A stretch of 64,000 nt of DNA from Hypanus sabinus (Eukaryota): assembly GCF_030144855.1 (NCBI RefSeq), contig NC_082717.1, forward strand, positions 88,846,001 through 88,910,000, given 5' to 3'. Made by a program: the position numbers and the translations under genes. Within the stretch, counting starts at the first letter, position 1; each line of letters opens with the position of its first letter. This document shows positions 25,379-35,320 of this stretch, in pieces. The notes beneath the pieces are model-generated. The model had not been told where the DNA came from. It made no database searches and saw only the letters and a list, made by a program, of their open reading frames with translations.

Positions 25379-28300
25379 TTACAAGTCAAGCCGATCAGGC
25401 GGTCGAATCTGTCGCTGCGATCTACGTAGCACCGGCTGTGACCGCATAGGTGCCGGCAACATTGGCGATTGCACAGGGGACGGGGGTTGCGCGTGTTCTT
25501 GCCCACTAGGCGCCGGTGATCCCTCATGCATGTGCGAGGCGCCTGGTATAAATGCGTACGAAACGCCCGGTATACAAGTGTCGTGAGGAGTCTGTGTAGG
25601 GCCTGGTGAGTACGGTGTCACCTCTGGTGCAGGGTTCACAGTTACCGGAGAGCCTTCAGGGTAGTGGTCTGCTGCACCTGCGGGTGCCAGGTCGCGGATG
25701 GAGACCGTGTCCTCCCGCCCATCAGGTAAGACCACGTAAGCATACTGGGGGTTCGCATGGAGAAGGTGAACCCTCTCTACCAGCGGGGAGTATTTATTGC
25801 TCCTCACATGTTTCCGGAGCAGCACTGGCCCCGGGGACGTCAGCCAAACTGGTAGGGTGGTCCCAGTGACAGACTTCCTGGGAAAAGAGAATAGGCGTTC
25901 GTGAGGGGTGGCATTGGTGGACGTACATAACAGAGAGCGGATAGAGTGCAGTGCCTCAGGGAGGACCTCCTGCCATCGAGAGACCGGCAACCCTTTGGAC
26001 TTGAGGGCTAAAAGTGTGGCCTTCCACACTGTGGCATTCTCCCGCTCTACCTGGCCATTACCCCGGGGATTATAACTCGTGGTCCGACTGGTAGCAATGC
26101 CCCTAGCTAGCAAGTACTGGCGCAGCTCTTCACTCATAAAGGAGGACCCTCTATCACTGTGGATATAGCAGGGATACCCGAACAGAGTGAAGAGCTGGCG
26201 CAGGGCTTTTATGACGGACGTGGCAGTGGTGTCGGGGCAGGGGATGGCAAAGGGGAACCGTGAAAACTCGTCAATAACACTGAGAAAATAGACATTGCGG
26301 TCAGTGGAGGGAAGGGGGCCCTTAAAGTCAACACTCAGGCGTTCAAAAGGGCGGGTGGCCTTGACAAGTTGTGCCGTGTCAGGACAGTAGAAGTGCGGTT
26401 TGCACTCGGCACAAATTTGGCAGTCCCTGGTCATCGTCCTGATGTCCTCCAGGGAGTACGGCAGGTTCCGAGCTTTCACAAAATGGTAAAATCGGGTGAC
26501 CCCCGGATGGCAAAGTTGAGCATGAAGGGCGTACAGCTGGTCGAGCTGTGTGCTAGCACATGTTCCCCGGGATAGGGCATCAGGGGGCTCATTGAGTCTG
26601 CCAGGCCGGTACAGGATATCATAGGTGTAGGTGGAGAGTTCTATCCTCCACCGCAAAATCTTATCATTTTTGATCTTGCCCCGCTGTTGGTTGCTGAACA
26701 GGAACGCAACCGAGCGCTGGTCGGTCAGCACAGTGAATCTTTTGCCAGCAAGATAGTGCCTCCAGTGCCTAACAGCCTCCACTATGGCCTGGGCTTCTTT
26801 CTCCACCGCGGAGTGCCGAATTTCAGAGCCTTGGAGGGTGCGAGAAAAGAATGCTACTGGTCTGCCTTCCTGATTAAGGGTAGCAGCCAGAGCGAAATCG
26901 GAGGCATCACACTCCACTTGGAAGGGAGCGGTCTCGTCCACTGCATGCATCGTAGCTTTGGCAATGTCCGCTTTAATGCAGTTGAAGGCCGCGCAGGCCT
27001 CAGCAGAGAGGGGAAACGAGGTAGACTTGACCAGGGGGCGAGCCTTGTCTGCGTAATGGGGGACCCATTGGGCGTAATAGGAAAAAAACCCCAGGCACCG
27101 TCTGAGGGCCTTGAGAGTGGTGGGAAGAGGGAGCTCTAACAGGGGGCGCATACGTTCGGGATCAGGCCCAATAACCCCGTTTTCCACGACATACCCAAGT
27201 ATAGCAAGGCGGGTGGTACCAAAAACACACTTGTCCCTGTTATAAGTAAGGTTCAGAGCTGCGGCCACTTGGAGAAACCGTTGGAGGTTGGCGTCGTGAT
27301 CTGGCCTGTCATGACCACAGATGGTGATGTTATCCAGATAGGGAAATGTGGCCTGCAGTTGGTACTGGTCCACCATCCGGTCCATTTCCCTCTGGAAGAC
27401 AGAGACACCATTCGTGACACCGAAAGGGACGCGCAGGAAGTGATAGAGCCGGCCGCCCGCCTCGAAGGCGGTGTAGGGGCGGTCCTCTGGGCAGATGGGG
27501 AGCTGGTGATAAGCGGATTTCAGATCTATTGTCGAGTACACCTTATACTGAGCAATCTGGTTGACCATATCCGCGATGCGGGGTAGGGGGTATGCGTCAA
27601 GCTGCGTAAACCTATTGATGGTTTGACTATAGTCCACCACCATCCTATTTTTCTGCCCAGTCCGAACAACAACCACCTGGGCCCTCCAAGGGCTTGTGCT
27701 CGGCTCAATGATCCCCTCCCTGAGCAGCCGCTGCACCTCCGACCGAATGAAGGCCCGGTCCCCCGCGCTGTACCTCCTGCTTTTGGTTGCCACAGGTTTA
27801 CAGTCGGGGGTCAGGTTGGCGAACAGCGGTGGGGGAGGGATCTTGAGAGTGGAGAGGCTGCAAGTGTCGGTAGCGCAGCTGTTGGCCTGGTTCTGGATGG
27901 GATGTGTGTGTCCGTGTGTGTGTGTGGTCAGTAGCGGGGTATGTGAAGAAGTCCCACAAAACTGAGGATTCTTGACAGTGAGTGGTGGGAGGGGCCCGTC
28001 GTATACCATAGTCACACTTTCGAGATGGCTCTGGAAGTCCAGCCCCAATAGCACAGGTGCACACAGATTAGGCATGACCAGCAGTTCAAAGTCCCGATAT
28101 ACTGTGCCTTGCACCACCAAAGTCGCTACACAACCCGCCCGGATGTCTGCGGACTGCGACCCAGAGGCCAAATGGAACCTCCGACTGACCGGCCGCGTTG
28201 CAAGTCCGCAGCGTTGCACTGTGTCCGGGTGAATAAAACTCCCAGTGCTGCCCGTGTCAAACAGGCATCCAGTCCAATGCCCCTCCACCTGGATGTCCAT

Positions 28301-29359
28301 CATGGATCTTGCAAGCTGGTGTGGGGCGCTTTGGTCGAGAGTCACAGTGGCCAGAGTTGGATCGCCGTCGGGGTACCCGGTCAGCATCGGAGGGTCGGGG
28401 GCGGGGCATGCTGACGCCGACAAAGATGGCCGCTCACATCCGGGGTACCCGGTCAGCATCCGAGGATCGGGGGCGGGGCGTGCTGACGTCGACAAAGATG
28501 GCCGCCCACATCCCGGCATGCAAGATGGCGGCCCCCACGTTTCACCCGCAGCGCTGCACTCCGCTCGAGGTTGAGACTTACAGACCTTGGCGAAGTGGCC
28601 CCGCTTTCCGCAGCTGGAGCAGGTCGCTTCTCGCGCTGGACAGCGTTGTCGAGGATGTTTCTTTTGGCCACAGAAATAACAAAGCACGAGTTTCTTACGG
28701 GCCACAGCCGTGGTCTGGGTCGGGGAGCTCGTGGAATGGCGACTGGCGGCGGCGTTGGCGAATTCGCTCCCGGGAGCCGGCGGTGGCGGGGTCTGAGGCG
28801 TCCACGAAACCGGCGGGGAATCGCGCGACTGGACAGCGTCGGCGTTATGCCGCGCAGCTTCTAGAGCGTTGGCCTTCTCTATCGCCGAGCTTAAGGTAAG
28901 ATCCGAGTTCTCCAGCAGTCGCTGGCGCATGTACACTGACCTCAGTCCCGTCACAAAGGCGTCTCGCACCAGCAGCTCCGCATGCTGTTCTGCCGTGAGC
29001 GTCTTGCAGTCACAAGCTCGGACGAGTGTCTGTAGTGCTCGGAGAAACTCAGCGCACGATTCGCCAGGCCGCTGTTGCCGGGTAGCTAAGCGATGTCTTG
29101 CGTAGACGGTGTTCACCGGCCGCAGGTACTGTCGTTTGAGGGCGTCCAGTGCCCCATCGTAGGTCGGCAGGTCCCGGATAAAGGAGTAAACTTTGGAGGA
29201 GACCCTCGAGAGTAGGATTCTGTGCATAACGGCGGGTTCAGTCGCACGAAGCTCCGCCAAGTACGATTGGAAGCATGCAAGCCAGTGTTCAAAAGCGAGA
29301 GCTGCGTCAGGGTCTTGAGGGTCCAAATCCAACCGGTCCGGACGCAAAACGGGTTCCAT
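25379..29359 (-). CDS. gag-pol polyprotein, 1,326 aa
   Basis: Two CCHC knuckles (CYFCGQKKHPRQRC, CSSCGKRGHFAKVC); protease LFDTGS; RT (IDLKSAYHQ, VPFGVTNG, YLDN); RNase H (CDASD, EKEA, TDQ, DALSR); integrase HHCC plus D-D-E (SVDFKG, HSDRG, VERE). No chromodomain or env. Confidence 0.97.
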   Translation of the reverse strand: MEPVLRPDRLDLDPQDPDAALAFEHWLACFQSYLAELRATEPAVMHRILLSRVSSKVYSFIRDLPTYDGALDALKRQYLRPVNTVYARHRLATRQQRPGESCAEFLRALQTLVRACDCKTLTAEQHAELLVRDAFVTGLRSVYMRQRLLENSDLTLSSAIEKANALEAARHNADAVQSRDSPPVSWTPQTPPPPAPGSEFANAAASRHSTSSPTQTTAVARKKLVLCYFCGQKKHPRQRCPAREATCSSCGKRGHFAKVCKSQPRAECSAAGETWGPPSCMPGCGRPSLSTSARPAPDPRMLTGYPGCERPSLSASACPAPDPPMLTGYPDGDPTLATVTLDQSAPHQLARSMMDIQVEGHWTGCLFDTGSTGSFIHPDTVQRCGLATRPVSRRFHLASGSQSADIRAGCVATLVVQGTVYRDFELLVMPNLCAPVLLGLDFQSHLESVTMVYDGPLPPLTVKNPQFCGTSSHTPLLTTHTHGHTHPIQNQANSCATDTCSLSTLKIPPPPLFANLTPDCKPVATKSRRYSAGDRAFIRSEVQRLLREGIIEPSTSPWRAQVVVVRTGQKNRMVVDYSQTINRFTQLDAYPLPRIADMVNQIAQYKVYSTIDLKSAYHQLPICPEDRPYTAFEAGGRLYHFLRVPFGVTNGVSVFQREMDRMVDQYQLQATFPYLDNITICGHDRPDHDANLQRFLQVAAALNLTYNRDKCVFGTTRLAILGYVVENGVIGPDPERMRPLLELPLPTTLKALRRCLGFFSYYAQWVPHYADKARPLVKSTSFPLSAEACAAFNCIKADIAKATMHAVDETAPFQVECDASDFALAATLNQEGRPVAFFSRTLQGSEIRHSAVEKEAQAIVEAVRHWRHYLAGKRFTVLTDQRSVAFLFSNQQRGKIKNDKILRWRIELSTYTYDILYRPGRLNEPPDALSRGTCASTQLDQLYALHAQLCHPGVTRFYHFVKARNLPYSLEDIRTMTRDCQICAECKPHFYCPDTAQLVKATRPFERLSVDFKGPLPSTDRNVYFLSVIDEFSRFPFAIPCPDTTATSVIKALRQLFTLFGYPCYIHSDRGSSFMSEELRQYLLARGIATSRTTSYNPRGNGQVERENATVWKATLLALKSKGLPVSRWQEVLPEALHSIRSLLCTSTNATPHERLFSFPRKSVTGTTLPVWLTSPGPVLLRKHVRSNKYSPLVERVHLLHANPQYAYVVLPDGREDTVSIRDLAPAGAADHYPEGSPVTVNPAPEVTPYSPGPTQTPHDTCIPGVSYAFIPGASHMHEGSPAPSGQEHAQPPSPVQSPMLPAPMRSQPVLRRSQRQIRPPDRLDL

Positions 29360-29368
29360 GTTATAAAA

Positions 29369-29384
29369 CTTCCAGTCAATAAAA
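29369..29384 (-). other. non-tRNA primer-binding site, complementary to LTR 29433-29448
   Basis: Element strand TTTTATTGACTGGAAG starts 1 nt after the 5' LTR and is the exact reverse complement of LTR-internal CTTCCAGTCAATAAAA. No TGG start. Confidence 0.85.
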
Positions 29385-29385
29385 T

Positions 29386-29597
29386 TGATGCACCATCAAT
29401 AACTCACACTGAGACGTAGGCGAGATATCGGCTTTTATTGACTGGAAGAAGGAACCAGGAGTGAGTGTCTATCATACAAGGTCCTGGAGACTGAGGCCGA
29501 TCTTCAGGCCGCAGGTCTCCTTTATACAGGGGCCTGTGGGAGGAGCCACAGGAGCAGTCAGCAGGGGCGTGTCCCAACAGGCACATAGTTCACCACA
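29386..29597 (-). repeat. 5' LTR
   Basis: Direct repeat of 25122-25333. TATAAA at 29521-29526 and AATAAA at 29434-29439 on the element strand. Confidence 0.97.
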
Positions 29598-30535
29598 ACC
29601 AGACCTCATTCCTCCTTGCCTGCATGGAACTCCAACAACCCACTGACCTGGGGGGGTGCTCATCCACTCTTTGTTGGCCCAACGTCTGACATCCAACAGC
29701 AGATGCCCCACGTCTGCATCACCGGCTTTTGAATGTAGGGTGGGGACTTAGAATCTGACCTGACCTATAATCCCCCACATCCCCAAACCCTAACCTGACC
29801 CCTAACTCTCCTTTCTGACCCCAAAACCATCCTTACAAATTAAAAAACAACCAAAACCACCACCAGAGGTACCTTCCCCTCTGCTCCAATATCAGCATTT
29901 TTGAGCGGCCAATTCCCTGGCCCATTCCCACTAACTACATCTTTCCCACAGGACTCTCCAGTGCAACAGCAGGACCTGCATCTCCTGTCCTTTCATCATT
30001 TCCTTCCAGTGTCTCTAGATGACGCAGGAATTCACTTGCACCTCTTCAAATCTATGGAGTGCATAGATTGGGTGCGATGTGATCTCCTCCACACTGGAGA
30101 AGTCAAATATAGAATGGGGTAATCTTGAGGGGTCCACAGAGCCACCTGTTGCCTGTCACTTTAATTTTTCATCCTGCTTCGACTATGATGTATTGGTCTG
30201 AGGTCTCCTGCATTGTTATAATGAAGCTCAAGCAACACATTCCATCTCTCATCTATATAGCTCTCCAGATCTACCAGCTTGCATTCTTTGGGTGCACAGC
30301 TTCAAGAATTTTGTGAGTCCCCCTTTGATACATGGTTTCAAATGCAGAAAATACAAGCAACTTTTAAAAGACTTTTGGCCAAGAGACCTAGCTGTTTTGG
30401 CTGTAAGAGGTACGAGTCTGGTATTGGGTCAATGTTTTTTTCTTGTGTTCTATTTTGTTTTCTCCCCCTCCCTATTAGTAAACCTTGACTTTAATAGTCT
30501 TTATTAAGAAAAACAGATGAGCATTAGCGACAATA

Positions 30536-31078
30536 CACTCAGTGGCCACTTTAATAGATGCAGCCTGTACCTAATAGAGTGGCCACTGAGTGTATGTTCG
30601 TGGCCACCAGATGCAGTAGCCCAACCATTCAAAGTTTGAAGTGTTGTGTGTTCACAGATGCTCTTCTGCACACCACTGTTGCAATGTGTGGTTATTTGAG
30701 TTATTGTCACCTTCCTGTCAACTTGAACCAGTCTGGCCATTGCCCTTTGACCTCTCTCATTAATAAGGCATTTCTGCCCACAGAACTGTACTCACTCGAT
30801 TTCTTTTGTTGTTTTTCTCATCATTCTCCATAAACGCTCGAGACTACTTTGTGTGAACATCTCAGGCAATCATCAGTTTCTGACATAATCAAACTACCCC
30901 AATTGGTACCAACAATCAAAGTCACTTAGATCACATTTCTTCCCTATTTGGATGTTTGGTCTGAACAACAGCTGAATCTCTTGACCGTGCCTGCATGCTT
31001 TTACGCATTGAGCTGCTGCCACATGACTGGCTGATTGGATTAACGAGCAGGTGTACCTAATAAAGTGGCCACTGAGTG
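30536..31078 (-). mobile_element. Tc1-derived non-autonomous element; related partial copies at ~40640-41046 and ~51232-51556
   Basis: TIRs cactcagtggccacttt / aaagtggccactgagtg. The interior keeps the Tc1 N-terminal HTH (GRKCDLSDFDRGMIVG…ETADLLGF in the 51.3-kb copy). Confidence 0.85.
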
Positions 31079-31639
31079 CGCGTAGCTCTAAAATTTAGTG
31101 CACTGAAAATGAGTGCAATCCAGTTTCTGGGCATTTACTTATGTTCAATAGGAGATTTATCAAAGGCTGACTGCAAGTCCCTGATTCTCCCAAAGCCTGT
31201 TATAAGGTAGAAACTATGAGGTGAATAAAAGTCACTGATGCATGTCTGATAACCTCTAGGCAAATAAACCTCTTCCAACTTCAGGAGAATTCACACCACT
31301 CACACCCTCCTTTACATCGGTGGCACAGCAGTGAAAACTGGGAGCGGTTTCAGACTCCTGGGAATGTACATCACACACAACCTCTCCTGGTCCCAGAACA
31401 CATCCTACACAGTCAGGAAAGCTCACCAACACCTCCACTTTCTGAGGAGGCTGTAGAAAGCTGCACTTTGCACATCTATACTCACGTCATTCGATAGAGA
31501 GAGCATCCTGACAAGCTGCATCATGGCATGGTACGGAATCAGCACTGTGGCAGATAGAAGGTTCTACAATGGGTAGCCAAAACTGCTCATTGCATCACCA
31601 GCACCAGTTTACCCACCATCGGCATATATACAGTATATA

Positions 31640-32164
31640 TGTAACTCTCACTTCGGCTAGAGGCTTAATATAGGGGATGATAGCCCCTGGCCCAGTCAAA
31701 CTTAAGAAATCTTGTTTGGGTGGATGCTGCACAATGTCTCCCGTTACAAATCAGTAGTCTGAAATAATAAACAGTACACAATATGTGATTAAACAATTAA
31801 GCTTTATAATTTGTACTTTGACCATATGATTAGTAAAGAAATCGAAAAAAAAAGAAAAAGGGCCCAATCTCTTATGAAACAGTCTTTTGCACAATGTTGG
31901 AGCTCACTGATAAGCCGATTGTCCAACATCGACCTCCTCCAATCGTCGCTGCCCTTCGGACCCTCGTTCCAAGTCCATCCCATCCGTTGGTCTACCAACT
32001 CTCTCCATTCGTGTCTTCTCTCCTCGTCTCTCCCTGCAAAAGACCGCAAAAATCTCTCTTCCAGCTCACAAGAAAAAACTACATTCCAAACCCCTGTTAT
32101 CTCCAGTCATAACCCAAACATTGCTGCTACAGAGAAACCATTACATTATCAGTGAAACCCTACA
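31640..32164. mobile_element. probable solo LTR nested in a Rex/L2-like fragment (~31250-32600)
   Basis: 525-bp block with TGTA…TACA ends and TATA on both flanks; it splits a LINE remnant that resumes afterwards. Confidence 0.6.
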
Positions 32165-33379
32165 TATATATATACACACACACAGAAAGATGTCAGACAA
32201 AGGCCAGCAATATCATGAAGAATCCCACCCACCCTGCTCATGGTCTGTTTATCCAACACTCCCATCAGGCCGGAGGTGATGTAGAATCACCAGACTCAAA
32301 AATAGTTGCTTTCCCCAAGCAGTCAGGCTGATCAACACCTCCACCCACTAACTCCACCACCACTTTATTATTTCCTGTCAGTTATCTTATGTACAGCTCA
32401 CATCAGTCAATGGACAGGTAATCAATCTATGTATATAGGCTATCTTATGTATTCATATTTACCATGTTTTATTTTTATTATTATTATTGTGTTCTTTATC
32501 CTTTGTGGGTTTTTTGGGCTGCATCAGATCCAGAGTAACAATTACTTTGTTCTCCTTTACGCTTTGGTACAGGAAATGACATTAAATAATTTTGAATCTT
32601 GTTATAGGAAACATCTTCTCCGCATCCACTCTATCTAAGCCTTTCAATATCTGATAGAATTCAGTGAAATCACCCCCTCATTCTTCTAAACTCTAGCGAT
32701 TACAGGCCTAGAGCCATCAAACACTCCTGATGTGTTAACCCTTTCATTCCTGGATCATTCTCGTGAACCTCCCCCGGAATCCTTTCGTAGATAAGGAGCC
32801 CAAAATTGCTCACAATATCTATCTTAAAGGAAGAGACAAAAGCTGGGATAAGCTGAGCTGGTATCAAAGAGGATTTATAAACAGGGATGGCAGCTTGTTG
32901 TACGATGTTGTAAAAAGAGCAAAGGATATTTTGGAAAGATGGTGATGTGAACCTTGGAGAAAGTTTCTAGCTAAGGATAGAAATTTTACATTAAGTGCAT
33001 TGGGAAATTTGGAGTGAAATGAATCATGTGGCAAGGCGATGGGGAGCTGAGGGCTATACACAGGTGGCAGTGGTTCTGATCTTCTGCCTGTCCTCTGTGC
33101 ACAAAATTAAACAAAATAAACATGCAGACTTACAAATGTGGATTATAGGGAAATGGTTTTGCAACAACAAAAGTGAAGATGGACATGTCCAGAGTGTGAC
33201 ATGACCTGGGGAGGTGACAGTTCAGTGAATCACGGAGCCAGACGTGTACTTAAACAAATAAACTCTGTATGATTGTAGAATACAGAACAAAAACAAATCT
33301 GAGAATTGTTAAAAATGATCAGCTGAACAGATTTGGTTAGCATGCAATTAGTAACTCTTAAAAGCAACAACAAGTATCC

Positions 33380-34170
33380 AGAATGAACAGTACCACACAC
33401 AGTACAGGCCCTTTGGCCCACAATGTTGTGCCAACTTTAAACCTACTCCAAGATCAATCTAACCCACATAACCCTATACTTTTCATTCAACCATGTGCCC
33501 ATCTAAGAGTCTCTTATATGTTCCTCCTGTATCTGTTTCTACCAGAATCCCTGCAGGGTGTTCCATGCATCTACCACTCTGTGTAAAAAGATCTTACCTC
33601 TAACATTCCCCCTGTACCTTCCTCCAATCACCTTAAAATTATGCTCCTGTGTATTGGTCATTTCTGCTCTGGGAAAAGTCTCATTCATTCTATACCTCTT
33701 ATTATTTTGTACATCTCTATCAAGTCACCTCTCATCCTCCACTCTAATTGAAAAGCCCTTACTTGCTCAACCTTTCCTCATAAGATGTGTTCTCTAGTCC
33801 AGTAAGTCCCCTCTGCACCTTCCCTAAAACTTCCACATTTTTCCTTCAATGTGGATACAACAACTGAACACAATATTCCAAGTGTGGTCTAACTGGAATT
33901 TTATAAAGCTGTGACATTAACTTGAAGCTCTTGAACTCAATTCCCTGACTTCTTAACAACTCAATTCCCAACTATGAAGGCCAAGACAAAACATGCCTTC
34001 TTAGCCACCCTAGCAACCTTGAGGGATCTAAGGACCTGGATTCCTCTGTTTTGCCACACAGTGAAGAATTGTGCTCTGCCTTCAAACTTAAACCTTCCAA
34101 GGTGTATCCCTTCACGCTTTTCTGGACTGACCTCAGTCTGCCACTCTGAGCCCATCTCTGCATGCTGACA
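33380..34170 (-). mobile_element. CR1 3' fragment (continues at ~35321-35520 after nested inserts)
   Basis: Degenerate RT C-terminus (EWQTEVSPEK…, AKKACFVLAFI) and CR1 tail. Confidence 0.7.
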
Positions 34171-34204
34171 ATGTCCTATTGTCCTATTTGTTTGTTTGCT
34201 TATT

Positions 34205-34475
34205 GAGATACAGTGTGGAATAGGCCCTTCTGGCCTTTTGAGCTGTGTTGCCTAGCTACCCTGATTTAACCCTGGCCTAATCACAGGGCAATTCACAATG
34301 ACCAATTAACCCACCAACTGGTACATTTTTGGGCTGTGAGAGGAAACCAGAGCACCCGGAGGAAACCCACGTGGTTATGGGGAGAATGTACAAACCCTCT
34401 ACTGGCAGCAATGGGAATTGAACCCAAGTTGTTGGTACTGCAAAGCGTTATGCTAACCACTACGCTACCGTGCCC
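34205..34475 (-). mobile_element. tRNA-derived V-domain SINE (HE1-like)
   Basis: Minus strand has A box GGTAGCGTAGTGG, B box GGTTCAATTCC, V-domain GTGGGTTTCCTCCGGGTGCTCTGGTTTCCTC and a CR1-like tail. Confidence 0.85.
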
Positions 34476-34509
34476 CCCCCCCCCCCCCCATTGCCTATTG
34501 CACTACACT

Positions 34510-35320
34510 ACATTGATTGGCCTAACCTCAAACAATAATGAGGTGGCCTACAGGGAAGAAGTCATCTCTCTTTCACAGTGGTGTCAAGAAAACAACCTCT
34601 CCCTCAATGTCGCAAAAACAAAGGAGCTGGTTGTGGACTACAGGAGGAACAGAGACAGGCTAACCCCTGTTTACATCAATGGACCTGGGGTTGAGAGGGT
34701 AAACAGCTTTAAGTTCCTTAGCATAAAGATCACCAAGGACCTCACGTGGTCTGTACACACTGGCTGTGTGGTGATAAAGGCACAACAGCACCTCTTTCAC
34801 CTCAGACAGTTGATGAAGTTTGGTATGGGTCCCCAAATCTGAGGAACTTTCTACAGGGGCACAGTTGAGAGCATCCTGACTGGCTGCATCACTGCCTGGT
34901 CTGGGAACAGTACCTCCCTTAATCGCAGGACTCTGTAGAGAGTGGTGTGTACAGCCCAGCACATCTGTAGTTGTGAGCCTCCCAGGATTCAGGACATTTA
35001 TAAAGACAGGTGTGTAACAAGGGCCTGTAGGATCACTGAGGACCTGAGTCACCCCAACCACAATCTATTCCAGCTGCTACCATCCGGGAAACGGTACCAC
35101 AGCATAAAGGCCAGGACCAACAGGCTCCGGGACAGCTTCTTCCACCAGGCCATCAGACTGATTTACTCAGACAGATCTGAGTGTACTCTATGTTACATTG
35201 ACTGTTCTATTTATTATAAATTACTATGATTGCACACTGCGCATTTAGACGGAGATGTAATGTAAAGATTTTTACTCATGTATGTGAAAGATGTAAGAAA
35301 TAAAGTCAATTCAATTCAAT
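34510..35320 (+). mobile_element. Rex/Babar-like LINE 3' fragment
   Basis: SQWCQENNLSLNVAKTKELVVDYRR…SFKFL…LLPSGKRYHSIKARTNRLRDSFFHQAIRL; ends in aataaag(tcaat)n. Confidence 0.88.

Larger units (their letters stand above)
25122..29597 (-). mobile_element. intact Gypsy (Metaviridae) LTR retrotransposon, 4,476 bp
   Basis: Two 212-bp TG…CA LTRs with no difference found by eye, TSD ACCAG (25117-25121 and 29598-29602), a purine tract next to the 3' LTR and a single uninterrupted ORF in PR-RT-RH-IN order. Confidence 0.98.

Noticed and set aside
29386-29395. TGGTGCATCA at the LTR end as a tRNA PBS
   Set aside because: It is present in both LTRs and abuts the TSD at the 3' LTR, so it is part of U5 and not a PBS.
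25197-29419. Many overlapping + strand ORFs (up to 196 aa) antisense to gag-pol
   Set aside because: Expected in GC-rich coding DNA; no recognisable domains, and many lack ATG starts.
29775-29830. Interstitial telomeric repeat (ccctaa-like)
   Set aside because: Only two scattered ccctaa matches in a C-rich old repeat; no tandem array.
34430-34475. tRNA gene
   Set aside because: A and B boxes are present but run straight into a V-domain and a LINE-derived tail, so this is a SINE head.
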